A stretch of 64,000 nt of DNA. Origin: an uncultured delta proteobacterium. GTDB lineage: Bacteria; Desulfobacterota; Desulfomonilia; UBA1062. The notes beneath the pieces are model-generated. The model ran no database searches. It had not been told where the DNA came from and saw nothing but the letters and a program-made list of their open reading frames with translations. The position numbers and the translations under genes were made by a program. The stretch is taken from positions 1 through 64,000 of the forward strand of contig CAWCTR010000017.1 in assembly GCA_963798485.1 (NCBI GenBank), read 5' to 3'. Each line of letters begins with the position of its first letter. The stretch's first letter is position 1. This document shows positions 30,412 through 40,314 of the stretch, piece by piece.

Positions 30412-33400
30412 ATGCACCGTTGGTATTCCCTGTTACTGCCACGTTCCACCAGGTCAATTGCATGGCTGGCAACCCTGATCGTCTTTACCATCGGCTTCCT
30501 GGGCCTTGTTGGCTGGATGCTGGACATCACGCTGCTCAAGAGCCTCGAGCCTCAATGGGGATCGATGCGTATCATTACAGCTATATGTCTTATCCTTTCT
30601 GCGATGGAGCTTACACTCTTGCAAAAGAGCCCATCTTCCATTCGTAAGTTCATCGTTTTGCAATCACCAGGGGTATTTGTCGGCCTAGTGGGTTTGCTGA
30701 CGATTGTGCTCTACGCAATAACTATGATTGTAGGGCAGGAACCTTCCATGGGAAACGCCCCGTTCCTGAACCTGTTTTTGGCTCCGGAGACCAGGGCTGC
30801 TTTATTGACAGCGATCATATTCCTGATAAGCGGATGTGCCCTGATACTTCTGGCTGTCGGCAGTCGCGGCACTGCAAATATTGCTCATGCGATCATGTTA
30901 CCGGGAGCCATGGTGAGTTATATGGTCCCGATCAGTTACCTTCTTGGTGTCCAGGCCATACATGGATGGCTTAATGTGCCAGTGGCACTGAATACAGGCC
31001 TTGCCTTCTGTGCCCTTTCTGTTGCCATCTTTTGTGTCCGTACTGATACCTGGCTGATGAGAGTATTCACGGCCGATCATGTAGGTAGTATTATGGCCCG
31101 GCAGCTCCTGCCCGCCCTCCTGATGATTCCGGTTCTGATCGGGTGGCTAAGATTGCATGGAGAACGTGCCGGATACTTTGAGTCAGCAGTCGGGGTAGTC
31201 CTGGTGGCGATTACCTATGCCGCTTGCTTCCTGTTTTTACTGTGGCTGAGCGCCAAGTCAGTAAATCAAACGGACAATAAGCGACAAATGGCCGAGCAGG
31301 CTTTAAGGGAGAGCGAGCAAAAGTTACGATTATTTATTGAACATGCACCGGCAGCTATCGCAATGTTTGATCGGTCCATGAGGTACATTGCTGTCAGCCA
31401 TCGATGGTACACCGATTATGAGCTGACGGCTCAAGATATTATCGGTCGGAGCCAGTATGATATATTCCCGGAGACCCCGGAGAGGTGGAAAAAAGTCCAT
31501 CAACGCGGCCTTGCCGGAGCTATCGAGAAATGCGAGGAAGATCCGTTCCCCCGGATGGATGGAAGCGTAGACTGGGTGCGATGGGAAGTGCATCCGTGGT
31601 ACGACCATAAGGGGGACATTGGTGGAATTATCATTTTTTCAGAGGACATCACCGAGCGCAAGCAGGCTGAGGCTAAGATTATCCGTCAAAACATGGTCCT
31701 GCAAGGAATAAGTAGGATCTTCGAAGAGGCGATCGGGAGTGATACCGAGGAAGATCTCGGCCGTACCTGCCTGGAGGTTATCGAGTCCATCACTGGGAGC
31801 AAGATCAGCTTTATTGGTGAGATCGGGCCGGACGGGTACTTCCATGATCTCGCTATCAGCAACCCCGGATGGGAACTCTGTGACATGTATGACAAGTCAG
31901 GTCATCGCAGATTACCCGGAGATTTTGTGATCCACGGCCTTTATGGCCGAGTTCTGCAGGATGGCAAGAGCCTCATAACCAACAATCCTTCCACGTACCC
32001 GGACAGAATAGGTGTTCCTGCGGGCCATCCGGCTCTGACGGCTTTTCTTGGGGTTCCTTTAATCTACGGTGGCAAAACAATCGGCATGATCGCTGTTGCC
32101 AACCGTGATGGCGGATACCGCACTGAAGATCAGGAGGATCTGGAGAGCCTAGCACCAGTGGTAATGGAGGCCTTCCTTCGTAAGCGCGCAGAAGAAGCGT
32201 TGCACAAGCATCGTGAGCATCTGGAAGAGCTGGTGAAGGAACGGACGATTAAACTGGAAGTAATGAACACACAATTAAAGGAAGAGGTAAACGAACGCAA
32301 GCGAGCTGAGGTTGCATTACGTAATAGTGAGGAGAGGTTCCGCACTTCTGTGGGAAACATGCTCGACGGCTTTGCCATTTTCTCCACCATCAGGGATGAT
32401 ACAGGGCATATAACAGACTTCCGCTATATGTACGTCAATGATGCTCTTTGCCAAATAAATAAAGAGACTCGTGAGGAACAGATAGGACATACTCTTTTGG
32501 AACTTCGTCCGGATTATAAGGAAATGGGCCTGTTCCATGAATACGTAAAGCTCGTAGAGACCGGGCAGCCGGTTATCAAGGAATCATGGACACGTGAGCA
32601 TGTAGATGGAGGGGGAAAAAAGCTGAGACAGATAGTTGGCTTTCGGGCTGTCAAGCTGGGCGATGGTATAGCCGTTGCTGTCAGGGATGTTACCGAACGT
32701 AAGATCGCGGAGGAGGAGCGAATTAAGAGCGAAGAACAATATCACCGCCTGGTAGAGAATGCGCCGGGTATAGTTTACTCATTTTCGAACAAGAGGGGCG
32801 GGATCTATTATTCATCTCGCGTAGAAGAGATCCTGGGATATTCGCCCCAATACCTTTACCAAAATTCGTTTCTCTGGAATACCTTAATTCATCCGGACGA
32901 TCAGATCCAAGTTGCCCGGGCTATTGAAGATCTGAAAGCAGGAGCGGCATATATTATAGAATATCGTATCAAGGACAGGGATGGAATCTGGCACATATTT
33001 GTTGACCGGTCCATTGACATACATGAAGAAGACGATGAGACGATTATTGACGGGCTGGCAACAGAAATCACTGAACGTATACACGCTGAAGAAGAAAAAA
33101 AGAAGCTTGAAGTTCAACTCCTACAAGCCCAGAGAATGGAAGCCTTGGGAAAGTTGGCAGGGGGGATAGCGCATGATCTCAATAACATACTCCAGCCAAT
33201 CCTCCTCAACTCAGAGATGATATCAGATAAGCTCACACAAGGGACACAAGAGAGGGAGTATCTTGATCAAATAATCGATGTAGCATATCTTGGAAAAAAC
33301 CTGATCAAGCAGATCAAGATGTTCGGCTCTAGCCAAAAACCGATACTCAAACCTATTCCTATTGGCCAGGTTATACATAAAGCCTTGACCATCGTTAAGC

Positions 33401-33840
33401 GAACGATCTCTTCTGATATCAATTTAAATCAACATGTACCCATGAATGAACATCTGGTAAATGCTGATTCAACCCAGATCAATCAACTGGTTCTCAACCT
33501 CTGCACAAATGCAGTTCAGGCCATGAGTCCCAAGGGGGGTACTCTGGATGTATCACTTGATGAAACAGTAGTCACACAATCAACTCCGGCCATTGGCAAT
33601 GATCTCAATCCTGGGAAGTATATGGTACTCACGGTTAGTGATACAGGGTCCGGGATAAATCCTGAGATTATAAAGAACATATTCGACCCATTCTTTACGA
33701 CCAGGAAATCAGACAAAGGCACCGGGCTGGGTCTCTCAGTCGTTTATGAAGTAGTCAAGAATTCCCAAGGTTCTATACTCGTATATAGTGAGGTAGGAAA
33801 GGGAACCCGTTTCGAGATATTTTTTCCCAATACACCTTGA
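30412..33840 (+). CDS. Membrane-bound PAS/GAF sensor histidine kinase
   Basis: N-terminal transmembrane region, PAS-GAF-PAS-PAS, H-box GGIAHDLNN, and N/G/F boxes (DTGSG, FDPFFTT, GTGLGL). Confidence 0.92.
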   Translation: MHRWYSLLLPRSTRSIAWLATLIVFTIGFLGLVGWMLDITLLKSLEPQWGSMRIITAICLILSAMELTLLQKSPSSIRKFIVLQSPGVFVGLVGLLTIVLYAITMIVGQEPSMGNAPFLNLFLAPETRAALLTAIIFLISGCALILLAVGSRGTANIAHAIMLPGAMVSYMVPISYLLGVQAIHGWLNVPVALNTGLAFCALSVAIFCVRTDTWLMRVFTADHVGSIMARQLLPALLMIPVLIGWLRLHGERAGYFESAVGVVLVAITYAACFLFLLWLSAKSVNQTDNKRQMAEQALRESEQKLRLFIEHAPAAIAMFDRSMRYIAVSHRWYTDYELTAQDIIGRSQYDIFPETPERWKKVHQRGLAGAIEKCEEDPFPRMDGSVDWVRWEVHPWYDHKGDIGGIIIFSEDITERKQAEAKIIRQNMVLQGISRIFEEAIGSDTEEDLGRTCLEVIESITGSKISFIGEIGPDGYFHDLAISNPGWELCDMYDKSGHRRLPGDFVIHGLYGRVLQDGKSLITNNPSTYPDRIGVPAGHPALTAFLGVPLIYGGKTIGMIAVANRDGGYRTEDQEDLESLAPVVMEAFLRKRAEEALHKHREHLEELVKERTIKLEVMNTQLKEEVNERKRAEVALRNSEERFRTSVGNMLDGFAIFSTIRDDTGHITDFRYMYVNDALCQINKETREEQIGHTLLELRPDYKEMGLFHEYVKLVETGQPVIKESWTREHVDGGGKKLRQIVGFRAVKLGDGIAVAVRDVTERKIAEEERIKSEEQYHRLVENAPGIVYSFSNKRGGIYYSSRVEEILGYSPQYLYQNSFLWNTLIHPDDQIQVARAIEDLKAGAAYIIEYRIKDRDGIWHIFVDRSIDIHEEDDETIIDGLATEITERIHAEEEKKKLEVQLLQAQRMEALGKLAGGIAHDLNNILQPILLNSEMISDKLTQGTQEREYLDQIIDVAYLGKNLIKQIKMFGSSQKPILKPIPIGQVIHKALTIVKRTISSDINLNQHVPMNEHLVNADSTQINQLVLNLCTNAVQAMSPKGGTLDVSLDETVVTQSTPAIGNDLNPGKYMVLTVSDTGSGINPEIIKNIFDPFFTTRKSDKGTGLGLSVVYEVVKNSQGSILVYSEVGKGTRFEIFFPNTP

Positions 33841-33876
33841 TTCTCTGGATTAGTTTCTTAACATGATATTACTCAA

Positions 33877-34254
33877 ATGAACAAACAGGCGACGAAACAT
33901 ATTTTACTCGTAGATGACAACATGACGGACCTGTGGAGTTTCCATCAACTGCTTGTCCATTTTGGTTACAATGTGACCTCTACAAACGATCCCCACAAAG
34001 CACTTAACTTCTTCCGTGAAGAACCGGAAAAATATCATATGATCATCACCGATCAATTCATGCCAGACTTGAAAGGTCATGAGCTTGTGGCTTATGTACG
34101 CCAGATACGAGAAGATATACCCGTTATTCTCTGTTCTGGATCAGAAGAGGCCCTGCAGGAACTTCAAGAAGAAAGGAACGACATTCAGAGATTCTTGCCT
34201 AAGCCCTTTTCAAGATCCGAATTAGAGGAAGCTATTCAGGACCTATTAACCTGA
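33877..34254 (+). CDS. Stand-alone response regulator receiver
   Basis: ILLVDD, ITDQFMP, CSG and KPF motifs. Confidence 0.88.
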   Translation: MNKQATKHILLVDDNMTDLWSFHQLLVHFGYNVTSTNDPHKALNFFREEPEKYHMIITDQFMPDLKGHELVAYVRQIREDIPVILCSGSEEALQELQEERNDIQRFLPKPFSRSELEEAIQDLLT

Positions 34255-34345
34255 CAACCATTTTTTCTGATATTTCACAATAAAGAGCTACACTGAAAAT
34301 AAACAACTTTTATCTGAGTTTTATAGAATCCTGTTATGAAGGATA

Positions 34346-34465
34346 TGTCCTATCCCATAGGACAATCAGCAACCAGACCCAAATCATTACCTGCATTGAG
34401 ATTACATATACTAGGCTGTTATCACTCAACTTATCATAACCAACATCAGTGGCACACCATTTGTA
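34346..34465 (+). promoter_or_regulatory. Sigma-54 promoter with upstream palindromic activator site
   Basis: TGTCCTAT-N3-ATAGGACA (34346-34364) and TGGCACACCATTTGTA (34450-34465). The same layout recurs at 53962-54081. Confidence 0.7.
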
Positions 34466-34547
34466 TAGGTATTCATTCATTAGCTTATAAAATCTGCCCG
34501 GAAATGAAAACCCGGATGGATCAGATTATTAACGAGGGAGGTTAGTT

Positions 34548-34853
34548 ATGAACGTATCAAGTGAATCGACTACCCATAAACCCGGATCAAGTTCCACAAG
34601 AACGACCACACTGTATGATCTCATGGCAGATATCAACGCATCGTCCTGGAGTTCGGAGTTGGGGAACAGCACATGCGATCTTCAGGAGTTTGTGGGAGAT
34701 AATCGAAACAGCCAGGTGGCGGAGGAAGTAGCACGGATGTTCGAAACTGGACAGATCAGGTTCTTGAATATCCAAGATGTTAAAAGAAAATATGCTGCCC
34801 GGTTAAGATGGGTTCAACATCAAATTGAACACCTGATAGCAGGGTGTTTTTGA
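34548..34853 (+). CDS. Hypothetical protein, 101 aa
   Basis: RBS GGAGG. First gene after the sigma-54 promoter, directly upstream of the sigma gene. Confidence 0.6.
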   Translation: MNVSSESTTHKPGSSSTRTTTLYDLMADINASSWSSELGNSTCDLQEFVGDNRNSQVAEEVARMFETGQIRFLNIQDVKRKYAARLRWVQHQIEHLIAGCF

Positions 34854-34871
34854 AAGGGGAAGGAACTATAT

Positions 34872-35657
34872 ATGGATGCCAATTATGATTATAATGAGTA
34901 CCAACAATATTATAAAGGGATTCAGAACTACCCTCTTCTTAGCCATGAGAAAGTATGTGAACTTGCAAAACAATACCAGGAAGGCAACGAAGCTGCCGGA
35001 CAGCAAATAATACAAGCAAACCTCAAGTTTGTGGTGAGAGTCAGCAGGAAGTATTTTTATTGCGGTCACAATTGTCTTGATATTATTCAGGAAGGGAATC
35101 TTGGGCTGATACAAGCACTGAATCGCTTTGATCCTGAACGTGGGATACCTTTCATCTACTATGCAGTCTGGTGGATAAAGGCCTTCATCATGGCCTTCAT
35201 GAGCAAGAGTGGAAAGGCACATACGGGAAGCTTGAGTCATGCAAAGAAATTGCTCTCATTGGATGAACATCTAGGGAATGATGATCCTGACAAGGACAGG
35301 TGGGTTGATTTCCTCACCGATGGTAACGATCCGGAAAAAATGTTCCATGGCAAGGAGACATCATCAAATGTTTCATCTCTGCTCGATCACTGCTTCACAT
35401 ACCTCTCCGAAAGAGAGGTATCTGTTTTAAAACAGCGTTATTACTCAGATCCGCCTGTGAAACTTAAAGAGATTGGCTCCCAACTTGGCGTGAGCAGAGA
35501 ACGTGTCAGGCAAATCCAGGTGAGATCTATAGAAAAATTGAAGCAGATCCTGGAAGATCAAGTAAGTAGTTTCTCTGTGTCTAACACCACTGAGCCTTAT
35601 CCATCCTCAGGAAACAGCCTGTTATTATTCATACATAAAGGAGGCTATCAAAACTGA
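34872..35657 (+). CDS. Sigma-70 family (RpoH/RpoD-like) RNA polymerase sigma factor, paralogue A
   Basis: Region 1.2 (YPLLS.E), region 2 (ANLKFVV, IQEGNLGLI, FDPERG, YAVWWI) and region 4 (LKEIG..LGVSRERVRQIQ). Confidence 0.88.
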   Translation: MDANYDYNEYQQYYKGIQNYPLLSHEKVCELAKQYQEGNEAAGQQIIQANLKFVVRVSRKYFYCGHNCLDIIQEGNLGLIQALNRFDPERGIPFIYYAVWWIKAFIMAFMSKSGKAHTGSLSHAKKLLSLDEHLGNDDPDKDRWVDFLTDGNDPEKMFHGKETSSNVSSLLDHCFTYLSEREVSVLKQRYYSDPPVKLKEIGSQLGVSRERVRQIQVRSIEKLKQILEDQVSSFSVSNTTEPYPSSGNSLLLFIHKGGYQN

Positions 35658-35874
35658 TAGATTTTCATATGGCCAGCTTTATAACAAATTACACAGCACA
35701 TAAAACACATAGCTATGGAACATAGTAAGTTCAGAGAATTGCAATGGGTATAAAGTATGAGGACAAGGCCTACAGAAGGCTGAATGGAGTAAAGGAGAGC
35801 ATCTTCTAGATTATTGACTGATCACGGAACGGTAAACACGGTGTCCCTTCTATTGAAGATGAAAGGAAATTAGT

Positions 35875-36195
35875 ATGAATAGTACTGGAAACAATCGCAA
35901 TTATCATGTCTTCAAATGTCGTTTTCCCGGATGTAACGAGATCATTCCTGTCGAATCATTCAGTTCCTCCACTATCCCATCTATGGGTATCTCTTATCTG
36001 CAGAAGGAAGGGGTGGGATTAAGCCATGATCTTATTGCAGTCGATGCTACCTGTCCATACTGCTCTCGTACAAACCATTTCCAGATAAAAGATAGGATCA
36101 GGCCCATAAGCAGGCAGGAATACGAGGTTCTCAGTCATGTTGTAGAATCAAAATTGTCGCTGATACGGGTAACCTACAAGATTCTGCAAGGTTAA
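35875..36195 (+). CDS. Hypothetical protein with a zinc-ribbon-like Cys pattern
   Basis: CRFPGC...CPYC, with RBS AAGGA. Confidence 0.6.
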   Translation: MNSTGNNRNYHVFKCRFPGCNEIIPVESFSSSTIPSMGISYLQKEGVGLSHDLIAVDATCPYCSRTNHFQIKDRIRPISRQEYEVLSHVVESKLSLIRVTYKILQG

Positions 36196-36293
36196 TGATT
36201 AGATGGGTGGAACTGATAGGTTTCTTTCTGTGGAAATCAGCGTGCAGGAGCTGGAAACTGAATTGATAAAGAGCTGTACCCCCCATACCTATC

Positions 36294-36328
36294 GAGGGAG
36301 GGGACTGATAAACCCTCCCTCATTTTTT
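36294..36328 (+). terminator. Rho-independent terminator
   Basis: GAGGGAGGG...CCCTCCCTC stem followed by ATTTTTT. Confidence 0.7.
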
Positions 36329-36386
36329 GTACAAGTGAAGCACGAAAACCGTGACTTCTTGTGATCTTAGTCTCCAGGTCTTCTTC

Positions 36387-36430
36387 GTTTAGGGTTTTAT
36401 ATAGGCGTTCAGCCCGATAGTAACAGGTTT
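36387..36430. repeat. 44-bp direct repeat, copy 1
   Basis: 39/44 identical to 37293-37336. Confidence 0.85.
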
Positions 36431-36488
36431 ACCATCTACTTGAGCAGTGATAACCACGTTCCCTCGCGTGCTTGCAACTACCAGAGTT

Positions 36489-36986
36489 TTACCGGACGAT
36501 GTTGGTGATTTCAATCTTCTGCTTCAGATGGGACAGCTCTTCACTGGTTGTACGAAGGCGGTTGGCAAGAATCACGGAGAGAAGCCGATAGTAAACAGCC
36601 TCAAATTCAATCTTTTCCTGTTTTTCCAGTCTGTCCATAAATGATCCGTCTATAGCAAGACAGGCTGTATCTGTTACAGCATACACCGAAGCTGATCTTG
36701 CTTCTCCGTCGATTACCGCCAATTCGCCAAAGGTTCCTCCTTGAGCGTCGAGCCTGGCTATTTCCTTTTCATTCCTGACTATTCTGACCTCACCTTTCAG
36801 GATCACATATAGCCAACAGTCATAATCACCCTGATGAGTAATTACCTCATTAGGAGTGTATCGACGTATTTTGCTTAGTTGTAAAATATTCTTAAGGAGA
36901 TTATCTTCATAAGATTCCAGAAAAGGAATCTTTTTCAAACTATCAATCAGATCGTCTCGTCCTTTAAGATAGGGTGTTTCCTGCAT
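36489..36986 (-). CDS. Cyclic nucleotide-binding domain protein
   Basis: QGD...LYVILKGEV and FGELAVIDGEARSASV. Confidence 0.9.
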   Translation of the reverse strand: MQETPYLKGRDDLIDSLKKIPFLESYEDNLLKNILQLSKIRRYTPNEVITHQGDYDCWLYVILKGEVRIVRNEKEIARLDAQGGTFGELAVIDGEARSASVYAVTDTACLAIDGSFMDRLEKQEKIEFEAVYYRLLSVILANRLRTTSEELSHLKQKIEITNIVR

Positions 36987-37292
36987 AATATCTCTCGATA
37001 TCTTACCATCGGTATTGTGAAGACATAAGTTTACAGGACGGAGACTAATGCTCTAGCGATAATATCTACGCATAGAACCCTGTATCACCATAAATAAAGC
37101 CGAATCCGATGAGTGAATACAAACAGAATAAGCTGAAATCGGCTCTGTTGAAATACTGTGACTGGATACCTTTGCCATGGTGATGGTCTATGAATCTTGG
37201 AGGGAGATGCTTGTATAGAAGGATTAAGGGCGAAGTGAGTTATATCAACCCCGGCTTGAAATGAACTCTACCAAGTGCCATTGGGTATTTTT

Positions 37293-37336
37293 GTTTAGGG
37301 TTTGATATAGGCCTTCAGACCAAAAGTAACAGGTTT
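37293..37336. repeat. 44-bp direct repeat, copy 2
   Basis: GTTTAGGGTTTGATATAGGCCTTCAGACCAAAAGTAACAGGTTT. Confidence 0.85.
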
Positions 37337-37520
37337 CCAGACGTGTACAAAGGGACTTGATAGAATTAATTTTCCATACCTATGGAATCTATTTTCTCTG
37401 AAAATTACTTTCCATATTTCCAACAAATCATATTTACCTAGAATTATTGGTAATTTAAAAGGGATCGCCTAGCATAATTTTTGCTTAAATATTGTACATG
37501 TGTGAAAGGGGGGAAGAACC

Positions 37521-37709
37521 ATGGAACACATTTTTGAGCAAGAAACTCATGTCAAGCATGTCAGGAAAAGGATTTTCTCATTATTTACTGTTTGTATTAT
37601 GGACTATGAGAAAATAGTTACAACACCTGAAATGAGACCGACACTGCAATCCCACATGAAGAAAGTCCAGAATGGCTGTGGCCCGTACCTCATAGACCTG
37701 CAGGTATGA
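37521..37709 (+). CDS. Small hypothetical protein
   Basis: Purine-rich RBS only. No recognisable motif. Confidence 0.4.
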   Translation: MEHIFEQETHVKHVRKRIFSLFTVCIMDYEKIVTTPEMRPTLQSHMKKVQNGCGPYLIDLQV

Positions 37710-37910
37710 TTGCAACCAACGAACTCTTCTCCTTACTTAAGGGGTGTTTAAGATTTAATCTCTGACTATGGTGTTAAATGATCTCTATTGCTGTCCTGCT
37801 CTGGAAACTTTGCCTGCTTTTCTTATACCAGGAGTATTTTTTCCCTGGATCGATTAAAAGAAGAAGTTTTCAATAAGTTACTTGCCACTCTCGTGACACA
37901 GGCTTTGTAC

Positions 37911-38300
37911 TTAAAAAAGTATAGCCCCCGATCTCTTTCTATGAAACAGCCAGATATAAACTAGGACGTTAACCACAAAGGCCAGAAGGCCCATTAGGAT
38001 CTGGAACTCTCTGGTAAGGCCTTCCGGGTATATGACAGGCTCAATGTAGTGCATGATAAAATCACCCGAATACGGCATTTGTCCTGCCTGTTGTCGTAGA
38101 TAATTCTCCATGGGGGTGAGGGGACAGATGAATCCTGTCAGCTCAATGAAGATACCCCATATAACACACGTGATCTGTATCAATAAAACCTTAGGCCAAA
38201 AAACAGCTATGATCCCGCCGAAAATAACAAAAAGGATAAAACCGAGGTGGATTATAACCACACCATCAGCGAGCACCTGAAACAGGAATACTTCAGTCAT
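37911..38300 (-). CDS. DUF2784-family membrane protein
   Basis: LAD.VV.IHLGFILFV.FGG, ICPLTPMEN.LR and FI.HYI.PVIYP.GLT. Confidence 0.8.
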   Translation of the reverse strand: MTEVFLFQVLADGVVIIHLGFILFVIFGGIIAVFWPKVLLIQITCVIWGIFIELTGFICPLTPMENYLRQQAGQMPYSGDFIMHYIEPVIYPEGLTREFQILMGLLAFVVNVLVYIWLFHRKRSGAILF

Positions 38301-38437
38301 AAAATGGAGAATAGCCGGGACTTTAAGGAATATCAATGGGCGATGATGATCTTGGTTTGAAATCTCCGTCACCAATCACACAATTTCAGAGCGTGTCCTC
38401 TGGCACGAACAACCAGCTTAAACAAAACTATAAATCC

Positions 38438-39805
38438 TTATTCAAAGTTTTCCAGATCGCGGATGATCTCAGAAAGCCGTCTCTTGGTATCGGCCTCGAT
38501 CTCTTCAAGGGCATTCTTTTCACGCGCCTCAAACCGCAGTACGATTACCGGTTGTGTGTTTGACGGTCTCACCAGCCCCCACGTGTCGCCCCTTGTAAAC
38601 CGTACACCGTCGATATCCACACATTCGTCATATTGATCCTTTGCATAGGTCTTGAACCTCTCTACCGCCTCAAACTTTATCTTATCAGGGCATTCAATGC
38701 GGATTTCCGGGGTGTTCTCAAACGTGGGCAGGCTGTCGAAAATCGCCTGGGGGTCTGCCTGACTGGAGAGGATCTCGAGGAGCCTGGCAGATGCATAAAT
38801 TGCATCATCGAACCCGTACCACCGGTCGAGAAAGAATATGTGTCCGCTCATCTCACCGGCCAAGGCTGCCTGTTCATGTACAAGACGTGCCTTCATGAGC
38901 GAGTGGCCTACCTTACCCATAATGGCAATGCCGCCCGCCTTGCCGACCACATCGAAAAATGCCTTGGAGCACTTCACCTCGCCGATGATCTTTGCTCCCC
39001 TCTTTTCCCTTAATATGTCACAGGCAAGGATGGCGGTGATCATATCGCCGTAAACAGTCTTCCCCCTTGCATCAATAACACCGATACGGTCGGCATCCCC
39101 ATCATACCCGATCCCTATGTCGGCACCCCTGCTCAATACTTCCGACTTCAGCATGGCAAGTCCTTCCAACGTGGTAGGGTCCGGGTGGTGATTGGGAAAA
39201 TTACCATCGGGCTCCAGACAAATACCGCTCACCTCCATACCGAGCGCATTGCATACCGCTATAGCAGGGGCGCCTCCGACGCCGTTTCCCGGGTCAATTA
39301 CCACCTTTAAGCGTCTTTTACCGGGTTTGACTCGGGATACTATATCGTCGATATACTCGGGCATGATATCGTAAGAAGTGCACTGCGCCTGTGCATTGAT
39401 GACGCTGCCCTCTTCCATGAGGCACCTGATCTTCTGGATCTCCTGGCCGTAGATAGTCATCTTGCCAAGGGCTATCTTAAACCCATTGTTGTCGGCAGGG
39501 TTATGCGAGCCGGTCACCTCAATTCCCCCATCAACCTTCAGTCTGAAGAGCGAGAAGTACATCACTGGCGTAGGGACCATGCCAAGGTCGACCACCTCGA
39601 TCCCGCTAGCAGTGAGTCCCTTTTTCAGGATCTCTTTGAACCCGGGCGAACTCAGGCGGGCATCCATGCCCAGGCTTATGCGAACAGCGCCTCGTCCATG
39701 GAAATATACACCAAGGGCGCGGGAAAGCCTTTGAACAAACTCTTCATCCAGATCTGTGCCCACAACCCCGCGTATATCGTATTCCCTGAAGACTTCAGGA
39801 TTCAT
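38438..39805 (-). CDS. Phosphomannomutase/phosphoglucomutase
   Basis: FREYDIRG, TGSHNP, DGDADR, GEMSGH and VRPSNTQP. Confidence 0.95.
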   Translation of the reverse strand: MNPEVFREYDIRGVVGTDLDEEFVQRLSRALGVYFHGRGAVRISLGMDARLSSPGFKEILKKGLTASGIEVVDLGMVPTPVMYFSLFRLKVDGGIEVTGSHNPADNNGFKIALGKMTIYGQEIQKIRCLMEEGSVINAQAQCTSYDIMPEYIDDIVSRVKPGKRRLKVVIDPGNGVGGAPAIAVCNALGMEVSGICLEPDGNFPNHHPDPTTLEGLAMLKSEVLSRGADIGIGYDGDADRIGVIDARGKTVYGDMITAILACDILREKRGAKIIGEVKCSKAFFDVVGKAGGIAIMGKVGHSLMKARLVHEQAALAGEMSGHIFFLDRWYGFDDAIYASARLLEILSSQADPQAIFDSLPTFENTPEIRIECPDKIKFEAVERFKTYAKDQYDECVDIDGVRFTRGDTWGLVRPSNTQPVIVLRFEAREKNALEEIEADTKRRLSEIIRDLENFE

Positions 39806-40173
39806 TATCCCTCCTCATACAATCCTTCTATGCTGACCTTTTTGACGCTTATCCATAAAATCTGTCAGAAACATACTAGTTCACCCATAAAAGGCTCGTC
39901 AAGGAACAACACCCCCTCTTTGGGATATTCTTATTGAGTTTATCTTTTTTAAAACAGGCTTTCCCCTATTTGATTTTTATCATCTTCATTCTTGTTTAAT
40001 GGCTTTATTTTGTAAATTTATGAAGGGATCAACTTGAAAATATCTATATCTACGCTGTCACCAGCTTGGTTTTGTATTAATTCTGCAACGGAAAAAAAAT
40101 TCCTGTGTTGTACATTTTCAACACCAATTGGAGAACCACCAAGTATTCCTTTGATTATACTTATATTTATCAT

Positions 40174-40189
40174 TGGCATACAAGTTGTA
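40174..40189 (+). promoter_or_regulatory. Putative sigma-54 promoter
   Basis: TGGCAT-N5-TTGTA upstream of the porin-like gene. Confidence 0.45.
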
Positions 40190-40314
40190 TAAGAAAGTAT
40201 GGAAAAAATTGGGTTATGAATGTTTTGAGGGAGAAAGGTCTTGCGAAGACAATAGATTAAAGTCAAGCAGGGCAAAAATCGAAAAGAGGGAAAACCACTA
40301 AGGAGGAGGATAGG

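Noticed and set aside
35740-36330. GGA-rich intergenic stretches as CsrB/RsmZ-like RNA
   Set aside because: GGA motifs are present but not consistently in hairpin loops, and they are compatible with purine-rich background.
40262-40300. GGGCAAA...GAAA as a c-di-GMP-I riboswitch
   Set aside because: No P2 stem pairing and no GACGCAAAGC segment.
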